This document shows, in pieces, positions 54,520-64,000 of a DNA stretch of 64,000 nucleotides (its first letter is position 1; each line of letters begins with the position of its first letter). Location of the stretch: the NCBI GenBank assembly GCA_013265495.1, contig MU058423.1, forward strand, positions 4,169,061-4,233,060, written 5' to 3'. The notes beneath the pieces were generated by a model. That model did not search any database and was not told where the DNA came from. It saw only the letters and a program-made list of their open reading frames with translations. The position numbers and the translations under genes are program-made. Source of the DNA: Vicugna vicugna. Its lineage: Eukaryota.

Positions 54520-56090
54520 AAGGAAGAAAAATATCCACTTCGTAGCCTAGTCTTCCTTTCTGACTACCTCTTTAACACTCTACTTTCTCTTCTTGAGTTT
54601 TCGACACTTGCCATCTCCTTTTTCTCATCTCCCATTCACTCACTGTTTCTAACTTACCACAGCCAGGATCACCTGTGACCTCCTTGTTGAAAATCCAACA
54701 GTACTTTCCTCGCCTTAACCCCGTAGGGGCATGTGACTCTGTGACCCACTCCCTTTCCCTGACACTCTCTCCCCACTGGATTCTCAAGGTCTTTTTCAGA
54801 ACCGTCTTCTGTGCGCTATCTTCATGTGCTATTCTTTGGGTTCTGGACCAGCACAGTCAGCCTAAGCGACCCTCCTTGGGCATAGTTATCCAGGTTGTCC
54901 TTTCAATTTCCTCTGCGGCCCTTAACTGCCTTTGAGTTATACACATTTTAAAGCAAACTTGCATCATCTTTTCCCTAGGACAAAAATGAACATATGCAAA
55001 ATAAACTCAAACATTTGGAAACATTGTAGGAGATTCAGAGATTCTCTGGGATCCAGAGAACCCTCTCCTTTCGTTATCACTAAGTGAAGGTTATCTGACC
55101 AACAAGTTGAAAAGCCCTGGTGCTGTATCTTCATCATGGATCTCTCTCTTGGGCGTGTCAAACTCAGCATATCCAAAACTAAATTCTTTGGCTTCCCTCC
55201 CACCTACTCCTCCTTCTGTGTTTTCTGCCTCAGTATACTGCATCACCTTCCAGTCAGCTGGTCAAGCATGACTACACTTCCCTTCCCTTTCCTAGCTGAC
55301 CTGTCCCTCCTCAGTCTCTCACCAAATCCTGAGCTTCCTCCTTCTTGATGACTCTCAGATCCAGACAGTTTCAGCCGTTGCCACTTTCCTAGCTGATATC
55401 ATCATTATCTTTGACCTGGCTCATTACAATGGCTTCTAAATAGCTCTTTCTGCCTCCAGCCATGTTCCTCTTTAGCCCAAGCTCATCACAAAAGTCAAAA
55501 CAATCATTTACACAAAAATATTTGGGTCACCCTGGCTTAGAATCATTGAAAAATTTCCCATTATTGTCAGAATAGAGTCCAAGATCTATATAACATGGCC
55601 CACAAGTCCCTTTGAAATCTATCTCTTGTCGCTTCTCCAGTCTCAACTCCACCACCGCCAACTCTACCATTAGTTCTACAAACTTCGCCTTTGGGTAAAC
55701 TTATAAGCTGTTCCTTCTGCCTAGAGCATACCTCTGCCTCCTTTACCTGCATAATTTTTGCCATTTGGGCATGAACTTGGAAATTTCAGTGTTTGGCTCC
55801 TAGGTGACACTCAAAAAACAGCTGCTGACTATCTGAACGCTTCTCTGACCCACCGGAATGCCTTTCCTATGAGCTCCTCTGACACGAGGCAAGGCCAGTC
55901 ACAGGATGGAGCCTGCACTGTCACTGCTGTAGACTTCGGCCGTGTTGTAGCTGTTTTCTTCTGTCACTCTTGCTGGAGTGTAAGCTTCTGGAAGCAGCAG
56001 ACATACTTGCCTTATTTACTGTAACATGCTTAGCATGTGTCTAGTTACTTGGCACATAATAAGTGTTTAAAAAATGTCTGACAAACAAAC
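54520..56090 (+). mobile_element. Degenerate L2 LINE region
   Basis: tcaaactcagcatatccaaaactaaattc; cattacaatggcttctaaatagctctttctgcctcc; 3' end cttggcacataataagtgtttaaaaaatgt. Confidence 0.6.
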
Positions 56091-58064
56091 AAAGGGCTAA
56101 TAAACAAGTACATTTCCTGAAAGCAGGAACTTCATGTGCCTCTTCTACTATGATGAACACAGCAATGGACTGAAAATAGAGAATAGGCATTAAATCAAAT
56201 ACCCCATGATGTGTGCTGAAAATTGCCATATGCCCTCACCACTGGCTTTCACAGCTGACCTTATACTGGGCAGACGGAACTCTATAAAACTGGTGAGACC
56301 TTGTAAACCCAATTTAATTGCATTTAAACTCCAGAGGATTTGTCAAATGTCCAAAACCCAACACAAGAACTATCCTAAAAAAAGCCTGAAAGACCCAGGA
56401 GAAGAACACGACTTAGAGAAGAGGAAAAACAGAGCATGTGTGTAGCATAATTATTCTGGAATGTGCATCTTTTAGCTTCAACAGCTCGTGTAAGGATGGC
56501 CACCCTGGTTCAGCTAAAGTTTGGCAGAACATTGCTTGGACGCTGGCGACAACTGTAACTTCTCCAGCAGTAAATCTGCTGACCGAGCTCAGCTTCCAGG
56601 CTGTCTTCCTTCGTTCATTGTGACAACGGCTGTGCCAGGGCCGAGCTTGGGAGAGCAGACACTGACGCGTCACAAGATGGGACTCTGTTTGGAAATGGCT
56701 CCCTTTCACATTCCGCAGCTCAGTTTATTCTCATCACCCCATTCCAGTCAGATGCTAAAATCCTTTATTTAGAGCCCATGACAGAGTGGCTTTTCTTCAA
56801 CGGGGGGGGAAAAAAAAAGCAATGGATTTCACAGTGCTGGGCGATTGCTCTCAGTTCCTGGTGCTGTGACCTCCAGCCTTGTGATGGGGTGGAGGGCAGA
56901 CTTCCGTGACATCCACTTGTCTCTGACAGATTCATTATCCATTTCCATGGCCATCCGGCTGCCACGGCTTCCGTCACATCAGGAGGGGGAGGAACTGTAC
57001 GAGCGGAGACCTGACAGGCCTTGCTCGCGGTCACATATCTGATGTTCTGGAGAGCTAAGCCCATTCACCGACTCTGTTCGCACACACACAACTCACACCG
57101 AGACACTGCAGACAGAACTAACGGACTCACTTGTACCTCAGAGATCCCCTGGTGTATAAGTGACAAATCGTCCACCACTGCCAAATAAGGGCATTGCTAA
57201 GACAGACTTTTTTTTAAAAAAAGTGAGCTCTATTCTGTGATGCAAACTTGATGAAAACCAGTATGTTTTCGCTTTCAACCAGGTCTGCACTTCCTGTATT
57301 TTAGTGACCAGCTGTCATGAGTCAATTTAATCTTGCTTATAAAAAGGCTCCAACATTTAGATCTGTGCCACCTGGCAGTAGGTATGAAAAACCCATACAG
57401 TCTGCCTGTTCCGTTTTTTTATAACTTAATATATTTATTCTGGAAAGCATGTTATCTGCCAGCATTTCCTGTGAGTTAGAGGTCTGTACATATAGTCCAT
57501 CAGTAGTGTTTCGAATGAAAGTACCAAGACAGCAAAGAAATTCAAGGCCTGCCCTTTGTGAAACAAAACCGGAAGGGAAACCAGGCGTGCTGTTTTGGGG
57601 CTACAGTTTGTCTGGGGAAGGATTCACCATCAAATGAATGAAGCTGAAGCATCAGAGCTTTTCCTAGACCACGAGAAAGACCTTAACAGTGTGTTCACAT
57701 AGTCAAACGCTTTGGTATTTTTTTCACAAATACGATATTATTATATTTTTTTACTTAATGAAGGTTTTTCCTTAATAAGCCCCCCTTTCAGAGGGCATAA
57801 ATTTCAGGCACTACAAAACCTGAATCAGCCTCTGGTTGTACCCCTTGCCTTGGACTGGCACCAGCCACACAAATCCTTGTGGAAAATTAGTTAGCACAAA
57901 AATCAGAGATTTGGAGATGCCTTTTTCAAAAGGTGATACATTATAAAATGCCTCTCACATACTCTTTCTGCCTCTGCAGCCCCTTAACCTTTCTCTTTTC
58001 ATTTCAACACATGAATTTCTGATTTCTACCTCAATACATTATTTGAAGTGGGAGACCTACAGCA

Positions 58065-58725
58065 AACTGACTTACAGACTATGAGTTATGGTACTGGAAT
58101 CAGACAGCTTAGGTTCAAATTCTGCCTCTGTCACTTATTTGCTGTGAGGCCACGGATGAGTGACTTAAAGAAATAGACAGAGCTAACCCTGACTAGATAC
58201 TTCCAAGCACCTGGCATTGTGCTAAGTGCTTTTGGCATATTTCACACAAATTTAAAAATAATCCCATGGAATTGGGACTATTAATAATTATAGATGAGGC
58301 ATTTGAATACTGAGGGATTAAGAAATTCAATGCTCCCGGGGAGGAGGGTATAGCTCAGTGGTAGACTGCATGCTTAGCATGCACAAAGTCCTGGGTTCAA
58401 TCCCCAGTACCTCCATCAAAAGTAAATAAGTAAACCTAATTACCTCCCCCAACAAAAAGACCGAAAAAAGAAAAACAGAAAAAAAGAAAGAAAGAAATTC
58501 AAGGCTTCCAGGCTATGAGCTAGAGCAGGGATTTGAACGATGGGCAGCTGGTCTACAGAACTCTGCTCTCAGCACTGCAGAAGGCATGCTTTCACTCTAA
58601 GTGTGGCTAGACCTCAGCTGCCACAGAGATAATAAACAAACGTGTTTCAAAGAACAGTTTTGGGGACTGAATAAGATAATCCATGCATAATGTCTGATAC
58701 AAAGTTATTACTTAATGTTAGTTTC
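58065..58725. mobile_element. Nested MIR(+) / MIR(-) cluster that contains the Vic-1-like SINE
   Basis: MIR(+) 5' part ~58065-58170; MIR(-) ~58185-58580 split by the SINE; MIR(+) 3' part ~58610-58725. Confidence 0.55.
58338..58491 (+). mobile_element. tRNA-Ala-derived SINE, camelid Vic-1-like, with A-rich tail and target-site duplication
   Basis: Head ggggaggagggtatagctcagtggtagactgcatgcttagcatgcac; A box 58351-58361; B box ggttcaatcc 58394-58403; TSD aagaaattcaatgctccc (58320-58337) / aagaaattcaaggcttcc (58492-58509). Confidence 0.88.
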
Positions 58726-59399
58726 AATTATTATTATTATTCTATAGTTACTGTTGCTACTGTTACTATTGGAATCAGCTATCTGATTCATTCCATAAGC
58801 TTTCATTAACACATTCTGTGGTTAACCCTGTGAGAGGTCTCATGGATTCAAAAAGAAGACAATGTAACGTCCTTATCTCCGAGAACATGTAATCTGTTGA
58901 GTAAAGAAGATGAAGCATGCATAGACTAACTACAGACCACAAAGATTAAACACTCCACTTAATCATGACAATGTAGGGAGGTAGGGCAGTAACACTGAGC
59001 TGTATCTGCATTGATGAGGGTGTACGCGTGCTAAACAGTCAGAGGTGCAGCCCCTATCACTGAAGGCAGGTGGAAGAAATATCAGCTCTTACCCAGGCCC
59101 ACTAGAGACCTCGAACTACAACAGTTGCTTTTTGTTGTGTTATTTCACCTCACTCATCACCACTGAGAAGGAAGTATAAGCACCTGCGATTTACAGATGT
59201 GTGAGTCACAGAAAGTGTGACTGAGAGCAGTAAAGTAACTTTCTCAGAGAAACACACTGCTGGTAAGTGGTAGCCAAGGGTCAATTCCAAAAGCTGGGCT
59301 CTTTCTAGACATCACTGTTTGAGGAAGAACAAAGAAAACTGGTTCATAGGAGAATTAGACCCGTAGTTCTAAACAGCAATACTAATACTTACACTCTGA

Positions 59400-59572
59400 C
59401 ACTAGCTGCTCAAGGGTCGTGGTCTGTGGTCCGTGGTCCATGGACCAGCAGCTTCGATCACCTGAGGGTCTGTTAGAAATCTCAGGCCTCCCCCAGCCTT
59501 GCTGAATAAGAATCTGGATTTTAACCAAATCTCTAGGTGATTTATGTGCACAGTAAAGGTTGAAGAGGACTG
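59400..59572. mobile_element. MER5A-like relic with a short internal (gtggtcc)-type tandem expansion
   Basis: gtggtctgtggtccgtggtccatggaccagcagc...gttagaaatctcaggcc...gattttaaccaaatctctaggtgatttatgtgcacagtaaaggttgaagaggactg. Confidence 0.75.
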
Positions 59573-59729
59573 TTGAGCTCACCAAGGTGTCAAGTCCTGA
59601 TGAACAAGAAAAGTAAATTCATGGGGGTGAACCTTATGCAAACCTTCTCCCTTCCTGCATATTGTTTGGAAATCTGTGGCCTAAACCTGATTAGCACTAT
59701 GGTTCTATCTGTGCTCACAAACTGAAGAT

Positions 59730-59734
59730 GTATA

Positions 59735-59772
<38 letters not shown>

Positions 59773-59820
59773 TATATATTTATATATAACAATTTATACA
59801 TATATATATATATATATATA
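59730..59820. repeat. Compound (CA)n/(TA)n microsatellite
   Basis: Visible directly. Confidence 0.9.
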
Positions 59821-59821
59821 A

Positions 59822-60705
59822 AATTCCAGAATATATGAGGAACTCCTGTAATTCAGTAATAAAATGACAAATAACCCAATTAGAAAATGGATAAAGATCT
59901 AAATAGATATTTCTCCAAAGAAGATACATGCAAATGGCCAGTGAGCACCAGTAAGCACATTAAAAAAAAAAACAAACTCAACATCATTAGCCATTAGAGA
60001 AATGCAAATTAATACCATAATGAGATACCCCTTTACATCTACTAGGAGGATTATAATTTAAAAAGATAGACAACAGCAAATGTTGGCAAAGATGTGGAGA
60101 AATTGGAACTCTCATATATTGCTATATTGTAAAATTGTGCAGTCACTTTGGAAACCACTCTGTCAGTTCCTCAAAAAGGCAAACAAAGTTACCATATGAC
60201 CCAACAATTCCATTCTTTGGTGTTTACTCAAGAGAACTGAAAACATGTGCACACAAAAATTTGTACACAAATGTTCATAGCAGCATTATTCATAATAGCC
60301 AAAAAGTGGAAACAATCCAGAAGTCTATCAACTGATGACTAAATAAACAAAATGCAGGTAACAACACAATGGAAAAAAATAAGGAAATACTGGTACAAGT
60401 TACAACATGAATAAACCTTGAAAACTTCATGCTAAATCAAAGAAGCCAGACACAAAAGGCCACAAAATATATATTCCTTCATATGAAATACCCAGAATAG
60501 GCAAATCTACACAGACAGAAAGCAGATGAAGGATTACCAGGAGCTGGGGAGAGGAGCGGATAGGGAGTTAATGCTAATGGACAGGGCTTTCTTTTATAGT
60601 GATGAAAATGTTCTGGAATTTGGTAGTGGTGATGGGTTGTGCAACTTTTTGAATATACAAAAACTCATTAAATTGTGTATTACGTAAATGAAAAAAAAAA
60701 AAACT
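59822..60705 (+). mobile_element. L1MB-type LINE-1 3' fragment (end of ORF2 plus 3' UTR plus A tail)
   Basis: atttctccaaagaagatac; cattagagaaatgcaaatt; aatgttcatagcagcattattcataatagccaaaaagtggaaacaatcc; gtgatgaaaatgttctggaatt; A tail at ~60691-60703. Confidence 0.9.
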
Positions 60706-60899
60706 AAATGAGATAGAGTATTTATCCAAAAGAGACAACAGAAAACAGTGGATAAGGGTTTGGGCTCTGGGGTCATGCAGTCTGGCATTAGCAGGAATCT
60801 TAGGTAAGTTCCTTAAGCTTAGTTTACTCCTCTGCAAAATGAGGATGGTAAAATGCCCACCTGAGGGGTTGTTGGGAGGTTAAATGACAAATAAGTGAG

Positions 60900-61370
60900 G
60901 CAGAGACTGCTAACTGAGCTATCCTTTCTTTGTTCACATGAGAACAGTCTTAGCCTTGCACATGGTCACAGGCCTAAAAACGTTTCTCAGCACCTCCTCT
61001 GGCTAAGTGTGGCCATGTGGCTACTTCCTGGCCACTGGGATATTAGCAGGAGTCGTGTCTGTTATACCCCTGTTAGGCCTGCACTCCGGCCCCCATTTCT
61101 CATTTGGTTCCTGGAACATGTACGTGGTATTGAGCCATCCTGGACCACACGGACTTCGGCAGCAACCCTGGACAGTGGAACGCAGGCCCTCGGACAACAT
61201 CCACTGTGGTCAGGGGAAGGTGGGTCAAGGCAGGCGTGTGGAGCGGAGCCACCATCCCAGCTCTGGAGCACTACCTCCCAACTGCGAGGAGAAAGAAGTA
61301 AACTTCTACTCTGTTGATGGCGCTGTCGAAGGGGTCTTTCTTACACACATTTGAAATTATACCTCAACAC
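60900..61370 (+). mobile_element. MaLR LTR (MLT1 family) inserted into a MIR
   Basis: gctaagtgtggccatgtggctacttcctggccactgggatattagcaggagt...gagaaagaagtaaacttctactctgtt; MIR halves at ~60745-60897 and ~61372-61405. Confidence 0.65.
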
Positions 61371-62037
61371 AGCACCTCATATGTCATAAGCACTTAATAA
61401 ACATAATCCACTACTATTATCACTTGTATTATTAACCATAATCCTACAGCAAGAGGCTAGACCTTCAAAATACCCAGTAGGGCTTGTCTGATCTTAAATC
61501 ACTAGGAAAGCGAGGGCTCCAGGCTTCCCAGCATTCTACCACTTCCTCCTGCATTAGTAAAGCCCGGAGCCTGATGATCGCCACCAGCGGTAAGCAAAAA
61601 TGTTTTTGGAAGATGTATTTTTATAAGCTATGCAATGGTCGAAGTTCAATGTGAAATAGATACCTGCTTACAATTTTTTGAAAGCAGTAACACATCAACA
61701 GACCAACAAAGAGGTTGGACATCCAACTTGTGTTTGGACTCCTGTACTACAGGAGAAGCATACGTGAAAGAAGGGGGTCAGAGTCTAGGAAGCCATCCTG
61801 CAAATCCAGAGGGCAGGTTTCCATAGGGCTCCTTTCCTGAGCTTGTTCTTTCACAATATATTGAGTTCCTAACCTGGACCCTGGTTGATGGGGGAGCTCC
61901 TCTCCTAAGCTTTGTTCTTGGAATAATTAATTATTTTTGAAAACTGATTGGCATAGTTATTTTTTAAAGCAGAGAACTGTATAAAGTAAAAACAGATATC
62001 GATCAGATCTTCATGGACCCTGGGATCTTAATGATTT

Positions 62038-62130
62038 CTATGTATCTATGTATCTATCTATCATCTCTCTCTCTCTCTCTCTATGTGTGTGTGTGTATGT
62101 GTATATATATATATATAGAGAGGGGGGGGG
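62038..62130. repeat. Compound microsatellite (TCTA/CT/GT/AT/G)
   Basis: Visible directly. Confidence 0.9.
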
Positions 62131-62799
62131 CGCATGTATACATAAAGCAATGCTTTGCTCCAACAATTGAAGGAAAAGGACCAAAAGCCTTCTTGCACAC
62201 TTTGCAATAAATGACTTAGACATCCTTATGGCATTTTTAAAGCCCTCTAACAGTTCCACATAAAGCTTACTTGAGACCCTAAACTTACCCATAGTGAAGC
62301 ATCAGATTACATGATTCACTAAACTGCTGGGTTTTGTAGATAATATTAAAAATAGCTCTTTTCTATTTACAAATCTTGCCAGCGAGACTAAAGAACCATG
62401 ACAATAAAATAAAAATAGGAGCTTATAATTTTGAGATAATGCATTGTCCGAGATTGGAACGGGTATATGATGGTGCTCTGTGACCTGTTTACTACACCCA
62501 TGAGAAATCTGGCTAGATAAGAGGTGCTGAAGGATAAAAGACATAACACGATAATCATTGCAGTCTGGACTGCAACTCTTCTCTGAATAGCCAATCAGTC
62601 TGAAGACTGGCAGGTAGAGAGCTTGTTAAATTTAAACTCAGCTAATCCAAGACCAATTAGCAATTAGTAGATGACCCTAGGTGCTTTATATGTGCATAGC
62701 GAACCATTCTAATTCTTTTTGAGAAAACAGAAAGTCTAGGGGTCTCCAAACCCAGAAATACAAATGACCATAGCTCAAGGAACCAGATTCTGTAAGACA

Positions 62800-63045
62800 C
62801 ATAGGGCAACATGGTATTAAAAGCTTGGGTTCTGGATGCGAAGGGTGTGAGTTCAAGTCCTGGCTCCACCATGAGCCTGCTGGGTATACCCAACTGAGTC
62901 TCAGTTTCCTCACCTGTAATATGGACTACTATTAGTAACTATGACATAGGATTGCTATGAAGAGTAAATTAAATAGTCCATGTAAAGTGTAAATCACAGA
63001 TTCTGGGAGATAGTAAGTACTCAGTAAATGTTAGCTATTATTATA
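62800..63045 (+). mobile_element. Near full-length MIR SINE
   Basis: gagttcaagtcctggctccacc...ctgagtctcagtttcctcacctgtaatatgg...tagtaagtactcagtaaatgttagctattatt. Confidence 0.8.
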
Positions 63046-63048
63046 GGC

Positions 63049-63551
63049 GTGTGGCAAATTCATGGCTATATGAAAGTCCTTCACATTCCCTTCTCTCTTG
63101 CCTTCCTCTTTAAAACACGTGGGAAAACTAAAATACTCATTTTCCTAGGCTGTCCTTCCTTTAGGGTTGGCCACATTATGTAGTTTCAACCAGTGAGATG
63201 TGACCAGAAGTCACTAGGTGGGGTATTCAGGAAATCTTTTTGAAAAGGGACAGCTTGAACAGAACCAATCCTTTGGCCCTTTTCACTTTGCCTCTTCCTC
63301 TTGTCTCTTGTCTGAGGTCCAGTCTGAAATGCTATAGGAACTTAAAGGCTTGCGATCATAATAACTGAAGTTCTATTTAATGATGGGTAAGCAGGAGGCT
63401 AGAAGGAAACCAAGGTCTGTCCACGTCCTTACACACCATGTGAGCCCCCAGCCACCGACCTCCCCACGTCCTCCCATGCATGGGAAACAAGCCCCACCCC
63501 GTTTAAGACAGTCAGCTTTCCTGTTTTTGGAAACAATATATTCCTGATACA
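63049..63551 (+). mobile_element. MaLR solo LTR (MLT1H/I-like)
   Basis: TG...CA ends (tgtggc...ctgataca); internal tagggttggccac...ccagtgagatgtgaccagaagtcactaggtggg. Confidence 0.65.
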
Positions 63552-64000
63552 AGAAGCAATTATAAAGATTGTGGATGTACATAAGTTATGTTCACACATA
63601 CTTGTCCATTCTTTGGTTTATGGTAACCAATTGCTAAGTTAGATTTCTTTTTTTTTTCTTTATAGACCCACATAAGTGAAATGTTTCTTACATCTGTCTT
63701 TTTTACTTCCAATTTGATGCGAACTATACCATGATAATTTCTTATATACTTCCTTGGATTAAAAAATATAATTCTCTTTTTCTTGGGGAAACTGGGACAA
63801 AAGAAAAATAGGGCAGGGCTAAGCCTTAGGTTCTCCTGTGCTCTGCAAAGCCACAGAGTCCAGTGAGGCTCTGCTGCAGAGCTGAGAGCCGTCGGACACC
63901 GTGGGATTCCTTCACCAGGTAAGATTGTCAGGTAAGTTTTTGACAGCTCTTATACATGTACACTTACCACCTAAAAAGCTCTGATTTCTTTAAATGGTTA

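Larger units (their letters stand above)
1..64000 (-). other. NTNG1: NTNG1 (netrin-G1) gene body, partial: introns plus internal exons 4-9; both gene ends lie outside the window
   Basis: Six minus-strand exons with GT-AG boundaries splice in frame into netrin-G1 peptide in the expected order. The assignment of the flanks (1-14084 and 52193-64000) as introns is inferred, because no start exon or GPI-tail exon is seen. Confidence 0.93.

Noticed and set aside
58338..58420. tRNA-Ala-like sequence as a true tRNA gene
   Set aside because: It has a SINE tail, an A-rich end and a TSD, and a second diverged copy is present, so it is a SINE head.
61158..61178. RE1/REST-like cagcaaccctggacagtgg
   Set aside because: Spacing of the left half-site is off by one base, and it lies inside an LTR relic.
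1..64000. CRISPR arrays, prokaryotic operons, nested genes, processed pseudogenes, or miRNA/snoRNA genes
   Set aside because: No regularly spaced repeats, long ORFs or recognisable RNA-gene motifs were seen. Small ncRNAs cannot be excluded without an Rfam/Infernal search.

Overview
Mammalian genomic DNA, AT-rich and CpG-depleted, full of MIR, L2, L1, MaLR and hAT relics. Two tRNA-Ala-like SINEs resembling Vic-1 point to a camelid (camel, llama or alpaca). The window lies inside the netrin-G1 gene (NTNG1) on the minus strand. Six internal coding exons with canonical AG/GT boundaries can be read directly: 52192-52020 (173 nt, laminin-EGF 1), 40386-40360 (27-nt microexon), 30023-29958 (66 nt), 27668-27609 (60 nt), 20028-19861 (168 nt, laminin-EGF 2) and 14219-14085 (135 nt, laminin-EGF 3). 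Exon numbers 4-9 follow the usual human numbering, recalled from memory. The N-terminal laminin-LN exons and the final GPI-anchor exon fall outside the window. Nearly all entries in the ORF track are chance ORFs. I found no evidence of a previously undescribed biological system. The most interesting signals concern NTNG1 splicing: five consecutive phase-1/1 cassette exons; an apparent ancient duplication relationship among exons 5, 6 and 7; a dense YCAY (NOVA-type) cluster upstream of exon 8; a UGCAUG inside the exon 6 acceptor; and a stop plus intronic poly(A) route to a GPI-less isoform. Repeat family names are by eye and their boundaries are approximate.
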